A DNA stretch of 63,994 bases, filler included, from Blastocystis sp. subtype 4 (taxonomy: Eukaryota), in NCBI RefSeq assembly GCF_000743755.1. It is 3 parts of 3 records of this genome, joined end to end, with 100 filler letters (N's around TTAATTAATTAA, not from the genome) between each part and the next. Parts side by side here need not be neighbours in the genome. Positions count along the whole stretch, not along the records: positions 47,402 to 63,994 come from NW_014569310.1; 2 more parts are not named here. One strand, written 5' to 3'. Both the position numbers and the translations under genes were made by a program. Shown piece by piece: positions 53,327 to 63,994 of the stretch. Under the pieces are notes generated by a model. The model did no database searches, was not told where the DNA came from, and worked only from the letters and a program-made list of their open reading frames with translations. The stretch's first letter is position 1. Each line of letters starts with the position of its first letter.

Positions 53327-56281
53327 ATGTTGTGTGTGAGAAGAGTGATCCAAAACTCTTCCAAACAATCGATTCTGTTTTCTCTATCGAGAGCATCGAT
53401 TGTAACAGCCAATCAACTAAGGAGTCAATTCTTGGATTACTTTGAGAAGAATGGGCATAAAATTCTTCCAGGAAGCAGTGTTATTCCGACAGATGATCCT
53501 TCACTATTGTTTGTGAATGCTGGAATGAACCAGTTCAAGAAATACTATTTAGGAGACGCAGTTCCGTATATATACATGATGCGAATTATTTGTAGAGAGA
53601 TAAGAAGAGTTACAACCTCACAATTGTGTATTCGAGCAGGAGGCAAACATAATGATTTGGATAATGTATTGTCTGTTCTATAATATGTTATAGAGTAGAT
53701 TGGATTCACTCCTCGTCATCAAACCATGTTTGAGATGTTGGGAAACTTTTCCTTGGGTTCCTATTACAAAGAAGAAGCTATTTTTCTTGCTTACCGTTTT
53801 CTGATCAATGAAATTGGGATGAATCAAGAGCATCTTCGAATCAGCGTGCATGACAAGGATTCTAAAGCAAGAGAATTATGGAAATCGGTTAGTATTACTT
53901 TATATTATATTATTCTAGATTGGTGGTTTTCGTGACGACCAAATTGTATCCAGAGGTGATAAAGACAACTCATGGAGTATGGGATCGGACGATTCACCAA
54001 GCGGATATTGTTCTGAAATATTTTATACTGTATTAAAATGACTATGAGCTGATGCAAAGACAGATTCTACTTCAACGTATGATGATTGGTTAGAAATCTG
54101 GAATCTAGTATTTATGAATACAAAGAATCAAGTAGAAATGGAAAATAGGTGATCCTGTATAGGGAGGATGGATTGATACTGGAATGGGATGTGAACGTAT
54201 GTTATCCGTGGTATGATGATTGTATCTATGTCTATATAGTTGAATGGAGTAAACAGCAACTTTGAAACAGACATTTTCACCTCTCTCACAGTTCATATCA
54301 AAGATCGCTTTCCTTCACTTTCTCCTTCTCATATTATCATTTTTGCTGATCATCTCCGAACTAGTGTAGTTCTTTCAGCAGAGATCTTCCCATCATCCAA
54401 AGGTCGCGGGTATGTACTACGAAAAATCATTCGTCGACTCCTTCGTTATGCTTATTTGAATAATATCAAGGAACCATTTCTCGCATCGTTTGTGCCATAT
54501 GTGATCACTGCAATGAGTAGGTGTAGGATAGAATGATGACAAGAAGAGGAACAAATTCCTACACTTGTTGACAAGGAGATTCGTGTGAAGCAGATTCTAA
54601 GTAATGAAGAAGAATTCTTCTGGAGAGCTGTAAAGGATGGAAAGAAGCTTTTCACTACAAAATTGAAGAGAGTAGGATGAAGATAAGAATGAGGAATGTA
54701 GGATACATTGATGGTTAATATGAAAACATTGGAACAGTTTAGAGCTGATACAGGATTACCAATTGATATGCTGACTGCTCTGTTAGACGAATATCATGTG
54801 AAATATGATATGAAAAGTGTGGAGGAATGGGAAAGCAAGGAAGTTCATGTTGGAGAAGGCTTGAATGATGTCACGAAGAATCTCTTTGTCATGAATGAGC
54901 CCATCAAACAAGAGATTCCTTCCTCTTTGCTATATTCTCTCTCAACTGAAGGAAGTGAAGCAGAGGTTGTATGGAGTGATCCAGAAGGGAAAGCAGTGGC
55001 ATTATCTCCTTGTCCGTTCTTCCCTTGTCAAGCAGGACAAGAAGGAGATCGAGGTGATTTGATAGTGAATGGAGAATGCGTTCATGTTACTGATACAGTA
55101 AGAATAGATTGGGAATAATGAAACAGATCAAACAGCAAAATACTGTGATCTGTCTGTTATCCAAGCCTGTGTCATTTGCAGCTCATCAATCTGTTCACTG
55201 TTGTATTGATCAAGCCCATCGACAGTTCTTGTTCTTTCTTACTCTTATTTCTAGTCAGATTGCTATTCATCATTCAGCCACTCATATTCTCCATTCTGTT
55301 CTCTCTGATCTCTCATTCGGGTCTCAGTCACCACGCAGTTCACTTCAAGCAGGTTCTCGCATTCGATCTGATTCATTTGCATTTGATTTCTACACAGGAT
55401 TTATCAACGAGCAAATGAAGGACCTGCCTTCTTTCCTACAAATGTTGGAGCAACGAATGAATACAATTGCATGTTCAGGTATTCATGATTATCAACATTT
55501 AGTCTTAGCTATTCCAATCACTTGGAAGGAAGTTCCTTATGACAAGATGAAAGAGTTGAGTGGTCAGTTCTTGGGAGATATCGCTTCTATCTCTCGTAAG
55601 TCCAATTTGATTCGAGGGGTAACAATCACTGGTGTTAGTAAGGAGTTCTGTTGTGGTCAGCACGTTACAACTACAGCAGATATCTATCCTTGTGTGATCA
55701 CTGGCATTCAATCTGTTGCCGCAGGAATAAAACGAATTGAAGCAAAGGCGGGGAAGGCTGCAAGTGATTGGCTCTTAGAACAGCATCATGTGTTGAAGGA
55801 TGTGTGTAGAATAATGAACTCTGGTGAGCAGGAGGTGGCAACACAGATAATGCGCCTGAAGAAGGAATCTTCGGAGCTGAGTGTGATGAATTCTTTGCTA
55901 ATGCGATCCTCCATAGCCTCTCATTCTCCTTCCTTTGTAGTGTCACGAGATGCAAGAGAAGGAGACCTTCAAGTATATGAGGTGGAACCGACATTCCCTG
56001 AAGAATATGTTAGTAAACTGATGAATCGATTGAAAGGAGAAATGATTGATACAAATCGGTTGATTATACACAATCGATCGTTTGTACTCCTATGCAAGAA
56101 GGATTTGGATGCTTCAGAGGAAGCAAAATTAAAGGAGTGGATTCTAGCAGTAGGAGAAAAGTTGAGAATATGAATGTAGGTGGGAAAGGGAGGAAAAGGA
56201 GGAGGAAAGAAGGGGTTGATTAAAGGATCGTGTAATCAATCACTAAATAACAAAGAAAGTCTGTTTAGGGAATTGAGTTGA
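53327..56281 (+). CDS. AARS2: Alanyl-tRNA synthetase, organellar (MRO-targeted) type
   Basis: Presequence-like N-terminus; [67 protein letters not shown]. Confidence 0.92.
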
Positions 56282-56296
56282 TTAGTGTTTGTTCCA

Positions 56297-57848
56297 ATGG
56301 ACTTTGCAACTCCAGGATATTGTACTTGGAAAAGTAGAGTTGTTTTTAATGAGTTCCTTATAGGTTATCTTCAGTCCGAGTTGGATATGCCTGGAGAGTT
56401 TGTAGAATCGAAAATCAAGTACTATAAAATGCGAAGAGAGGTCTATGCGAAGGGTGGATGTGGGGAGATTCATCTTGGAGTGAGTGATACTCAAAGTTGG
56501 TAATACGTAGATAGATCCGGTAACCAAACACTCAGTTGCCATTAAGAAGGGTTATTCAAAGAATCGGAGTTCGTATGGAGTGAGTACAACATTGATTCGA
56601 GAGATTGGTATCTTGAAGGAATTAATGATATATCATCATCCAAACATCGTGAATGTTATCTCTTTTCGTTGAGTGTGAATGATTAGTTGATCGATGTGTT
56701 TCCTCATGACGGTGATTTGTATCTAGTTGAAGAGTTCTATCCCTCCTATATTCAGCAGTATTTGGTAGAAGATGGGACACCATTCAATGAACAACAAATC
56801 AAGTTCATCATGTATTCGGCTGCAAGAGGATTGTTGTTTTTAAAGCAACGATTTCTGATTCATGGAGTATTTATTGATTGTATTAATCACTTCCAGGATG
56901 TCAAACCAGGGAATCTCCTTGTTTCGTCGTCAAATGCTATTGTTTTGACGGATTTTGGTTCATCTCGAAGGTGTAATGATGATGGTTATTACTATCCGGA
57001 GAAGAGTTGTATTTCGACATTGTAAGCTTCTGTTTGATGAATAAATCTAGATCCTTCAATGCTCCAGAGATCTTATTGGGATTGAAACGAGTATCTTATT
57101 CAGCAGATATGTGGTCTTTTGCAGTAACGTGGTTGCGTCTTCTGGGAGTCACAATTGATAAAGAAGTGAGAGTGAGATCATTGATTTACCCAGAGTACTA
57201 CGGAAATCAATATGTGTCAGTCAATCTTCTTGTTCTTGGGTGAGAATCCTTGTGTTGAGAGATGGAAGGTAAGCATTGATTCTTGAAATAATAGGAAGGA
57301 TCTGGAGGATTTGAAGTTCATTCCTGTGATTCAATTGAACAATTCAGTTCCGTTATTTGATCGATTGAGAAGAATGATTTCTGTTCAGTTATGTAGCGAT
57401 GATGGTTTGCGATTATTGTGTGGACTGTTGCGATTGAATCCAATGGAGCGAATGTCTATTGAATCTGTATGTGAAAATGGATACTTTCGTGATAGTCTTT
57501 ATTCTGCAGTGATGCATGGTGAATATGGTGAGTGAACAAGAGATAAGTGATGAATAGAAGATCAACAGTTGTTTCCAAGTATTAGTATGTTGAAACGAAC
57601 TGTAGTGATGCCTCCCCTAGTGAATGATTTCTTCCAAAATCAAAGAATCCTTCAGGGTACGTGTATATGAATGATGGAATGATATAGTGTCAACGTTGAA
57701 TGAAGATGAGAGTTCGTTGTGTGAGTCATCAGAGATTGTTGGTCGTGTCTTGCGTTTTGATCATGATCCTTCTTTTTGTTCACCCTTGAAGACGGATTAT
57801 GGTGCTGATACTTCCTTTCAGTTTAGTGATACTAGTTTATCTCGATAG
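56297..57848 (+). CDS. CDK-like Ser/Thr protein kinase (divergent)
   Basis: VAIKK, STTLIRE (PSTAIRE-like), HG-DVKPGN, DFG, APEILLG, DMWS. Confidence 0.8.
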
Positions 57849-57913
57849 GTTGTACTATAGAGGTTGAAGTATGTTTGTTATGAACAAAGAATGAAAACAC
57901 AATAAATGAATGA

Positions 57914-59384
57914 CTATTGGAACAAAGCCTAAAAATGAGATTCGTGTTAATATGATTACATCCCAGAGTTTCTTGTTTCCATAGATCGATTGATCGCACT
58001 TCTTCAACGAGAATACAAGCTTTTCTTCCTCCTTCTTTGTCTCCTTGTTTTCCTTCTTCTCTTCTGTTGGTTTCTCTGTTGTTTGTGTTTCCTTTGTTGT
58101 CTCCTTCTTCTCCTCCTTCATTTCCTTTGACTCCTCCTTCACCTCCTTTGTTGGTTCCTTCTCCTCCTTTGTCTCCTCACCCAAAATCTTCTTCAGTCCA
58201 TCAATCTGCTCCTGTGATAAACCCTTCGGGTATTGCACGTTCAACTGCACATACAGCTTTCCAAACTTGCCTTCTGCATTATAAACAGGCATTCCCAGAT
58301 TCTCCACACACCGTACTGAATCAGGTGCCAAGATGTCTCCTAATTCAGACTTCAACGTCACAGTTTCTCCATTCAAATGATCCAATGTGACCTCTGCTCC
58401 TGTTAAAGACTGTAGCAAACTGATATTCCGTCGCACAAACAAATCACTTCCACGACGTCTGAAGACTGGATGTTCGATCTGATCGATATAAAACACTATG
58501 TCACCTGTTTCCAAATGAGGATCCTGATCAGCTGCACCACGAAGAATCACCTTCTGACCATGGTCCATACCTGGTTTAATAGTAACAGACATCTGCTCCC
58601 GCTCACGACGTACCTTCTTACCACGACATGTCTTACAGCGATCCTTACTACTTATGCTACTACCTTCTCCACCACATTCAGGACACACAGAACGCGACTG
58701 GGCCATCATTCCCATCATCATTGTTGTCTGCATGATAAAGCCTTTTCCATTACAACGAGGACATCGATGAACTGCATTTGGCTTCGTCGAACCAACTCTA
58801 GGGATGATAATTGAGTACAAAACAAACCCTTTACAATCAGGACAAATCTTGTTACGATTAACAGCAAAATCTTTCTTGACTCCTGTATAGAGCTCATCAA
58901 GTGTCAGAGGAAGACGTTGAATCATGTCTTCTGTGCGAGTTTGACGATGCGTAAAACCATCACCGCCTCCAAAGATCGATTCGAAAATATCACTGAGATC
59001 AGCATAGTTCGTAAAGTCACTAGCATCTCCTGCCTGCTGAAGACCATCAGGACCAAGCTGATCATAGATCTGACGTTTCTCCTCATTTGAAAGTACATCA
59101 TATGCCTCTTTAATCTCCTTGAACTACATATGATATTCAATGATAAACCACACCTTTTCGATATTTCCTCCTTTATCTGGGTGATGTTTCATAGCTTGCT
59201 TTCGAAAAGCTTGCTTGATTTCATCTGTTGTTGCATCCACCTTGATTTCCAGCAAATCATAATACTTCCTGTCAACTGGATTCCCACGACAACCCATGTT
59301 TCCTCCAAAACCGGAGAACAGAGACCGAACAAACACATTCTGAGTTGATTTCATAAACAAATTGACTTTCACAGACTTATCCAT
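57914..59384 (-). CDS. Type I DnaJ/Hsp40 (DNAJA-like)
   Basis: J domain with HPDK, four CxxCxGxG-type repeats, C-terminal peptide-binding domain. Last exon is uncertain. Confidence 0.9.
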
Positions 59385-59589
59385 GCATCTGAAGATGGAC
59401 TTTGTAAAACCTAGATTCACAATCGAAACAGAATCACTCACCTCGAGGAAATAGAAACATTTTCAATTATGACTAGTCAAATTAAACCCAAACAAAACCA
59501 GTTTCTATCAACTCAATGGTTATTGCTGATGAAAAGTGCCATTAAAGAGGGAAACAGGGAACCGGGGTTTCGGTTCTAACAAACAAAGT

Positions 59590-61397
59590 ACACAATGATG
59601 TGATTAAATTCCCTCTTGATCACATAAACACCTGAAGAAAGTTCAGTAGCAGTAGCCATCTCGGTTTCAGGTATTTCCGAAGCACTGCTAATTAGGCACG
59701 GAAGCTGCAGTGTTAATCCACTTAGCTTCTCCAAATTCTCTCCATCGATACTGAGGCTAGGAGAAATCTATATCTCATTTTGAGTCATAACTGCAACCTC
59801 CAGAGAGTAAGGATCCATTTCTCCTTCCAACTTGCATCCAGCATCTTCCAACCATTTCTTGAATATCTCCGTCATGATTCTGCATGCCGATTCAGGGCAA
59901 TCAAACTTGGCGTCTATATTTCATCATTTAGTTTTGTTTGTACCATTGCTGTTCTTCACAGGAGTGAACTCCGAACGAGGCACCATCAAACAACCCATCT
60001 TCTCGGAAGCAGGGAATACATCAAAGATGAAAGATTCCATTTTGACTCCATTTGGTTCTTTCGGCTTCACTATAGATTGTGACACTTCATCAAAATAAGG
60101 AATTGCCTTATGAGCCACATGATAGAGAAGAGGCAAACTATCAGGATGACACTTCTGACACAGGAAGTCAAAAGTGAGATAAAGATTACAAATGAATCCT
60201 GCTCCAAATACCAATGATCCATCCTCAGCTGTCTTCGTAGCAATCTCCTCACTAAGTTCCGAATACTCCACCACGTTGTATTTACCTCCCTTCTTGCAAA
60301 CGATTCCCACTCGCTCGTGTGGTCCATTCTTCATCACACACTTATTGCCTGCATCATCCCCTTCCTTGATAAAGAGACCAAACATAACAGGATCAGGGAT
60401 CTATCTTTCATTCCATCCTTCCATTCGAACTGTAACCACGGCATTATCAACTCCATAAATCTGAACGAATTTGATTCCATGTTGACGCATATGATCAATC
60501 ACATTCATTTCGGTATGAACCTCGCCTTGAATCGTGAGAGGACTTACATACAGAGCCATGAAAAGTCCTCCGTTGCCATCAGGAGCCGTAGCAATCTATC
60601 TAAGAAGCATGAAAAAAGAATACCGTGCTTTTTGAAGCCATTACAATGTGACCGTTATCATCCATGCAAGGAAGGGTACCTTGAGAGAAGAAGATTACTT
60701 GCGAACTATCAAGACCGAAGTAGTTATGATCATGGAAGAGTGGAATGAAGGAGATTCATGTTTATTTGGTGACTATGGATATATTTCAACGTATCAACGT
60801 GAGTCATCGGACTGGTCATTACATACCAGAATACAGTACACTCTGTATGTGATCAAACTTTCCTGAGACATACTCTTTGATGTCTTTTTGCACGCCATTT
60901 CTTCGATATGACGAATGCGCTCTGCTTGAAGTTGGAAGAGAGGTTTATGAGATAAAAGGCCAATATCATATTGTCCTTTAGGATACGAGCATCCTAGACG
61001 AGTTCCCTGGCCACCAGCCATCAAAACGACACCAATCTCACCTTGACTAAGACTAACGTAGGTCTGATTTATACATTCCTCCTTTTCAGAAGGAGACATC
61101 TTTTCAGAAATGGTGATCTAAACATCAATACATGCCATTAACAAAAACGTTGTCCATGGGCTCTAGGTGAGAGTCCGCACTCGATTCTTCTGTCTGAGCC
61201 ACAGAAACTTCGAAAATTTTCTGAAGACGAGCAAAATCAATCTTGCTTATCTACAATCCTCAATCTCCTAAATAACAGTTAACCTGATCCTCAAACTCTA
61301 TCTTTTCTTTCTCTGAAAGGTCTCCAGCGTCATAATGCTTCAGAATATGACCTTGACCATACTTGTTAATCAGAGTCCTCACTTCCTCAGAAATCAT
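59590..61397 (-). CDS. UAP1: UDP-N-acetylglucosamine pyrophosphorylase; probable polyA-created stop
   Basis: [60 protein letters not shown]. Confidence 0.93.
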
Positions 61398-61789
61398 TCT
61401 ATGCACTGACAAGCATATTTTAACACACTACAATGAAAAAAAGAAAACAACAGAATAATTATTATGGAGATAATTAACGTAGTTGCTGTATTCATCACTT
61501 TAAGGGATTTATTTTTGCTCTGGAAGTGTATATCATTTTCAACGGATCTTTGGACTATTATCAAGAAACGATACCTAATTGTATAGGTTCAAGTAACAGA
61601 ATGTCCGATACTCCATTCTAAACTTTCGCTGGTTCTACCTATCATATATTCATGTATTTGTTGAAATATTATTATGAAGTAATCACTTCTATGAAGACTA
61701 CAAAATGATTGGTGGAACTATTATTAGTTCAGTTATTCATTTTCTCTTTGTTGCTTATTGCAATCCTTCACTTCTTTAGTCGATCCATT

Positions 61790-63713
<1,924 letters not shown>

Positions 63714-63792
63714 TTCTTTTGTCATTTAATCAAGATCAGTAGTTATCTTAATTTCAGAGTTTGTTTGTCGAACAAATAATCATTCTAGGGAT

Positions 63793-63994
63793 ATGCCCTA
63801 TCGAGGAAAGAAGAGAGTATTGATGAATTTGTTTTTAGTCATCAATAGAAGAAGACTCGAACTCAGAAGGCAGAGGATTCCACAAAGGAGAAGGTTCCTC
63901 AGAGTATTGTGGCTCGAAAGGGTTCAGTGGGTCTAATGGTTCAAGATCTCGTCAAAAACTTCCGAACTATCATGGCTCCTAACACAGCAGCCCA
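63793..63994 (+). CDS. PPAN: Ssf1/Peter Pan Brix-domain ribosome biogenesis protein, 5' part
   Basis: Spliced MPYRGKKR-KKTRT...KVPQSIVARKGSVG...LVKNFRTIMAPNTA. Confidence 0.8.

Overview
Gene-dense eukaryotic nuclear DNA, very probably from the anaerobic gut stramenopile Blastocystis. The evidence is many ~30-nt GT-AG introns, very short intergenic spacers, and the Blastocystis TGTTTGTT 3'-end motif after most genes. About 40 protein genes can be reconstructed by hand-splicing, including GOSR1, two PAQR/AdipoR paralogs, RAD51C, a GT31 galactosyltransferase, CLU, two Bro1/ALIX paralogs, eEF1A, ORC2, ALKBH8, DHPS, Sam50, URI1, LSM4, TMEM39, XRCC3, CDKAL1, TECR, NhaC, PiT, RPS6, VDAC, Derlin, a USP, organellar AlaRS, a CDK-like kinase, DnaJ, UAP1, a PX-AGC kinase and PPAN. 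There are two N-gaps with an artificial TTAATTAATTAA linker. Most notable: (i) about 11 genes whose stop codon appears to be created by polyadenylation (T or TA, then 4 nt, then TGTTTGTT); (ii) convergent gene pairs sharing one palindromic bidirectional 3'-end element, with a polyA-made stop predicted on both strands; (iii) CLU running in frame, with no genomic stop, into the GT31 gene; (iv) start codons only 3-23 nt after the upstream gene's 3' motif; (v) an apparent PZP+PHD-ORC2 fusion; (vi) an ALKBH8 with a degenerate AlkB site; (vii) a CDKAL1 with an organellar-type presequence. Gene boundaries and family calls come from manual reading and recalled family motifs. No database searches were run.
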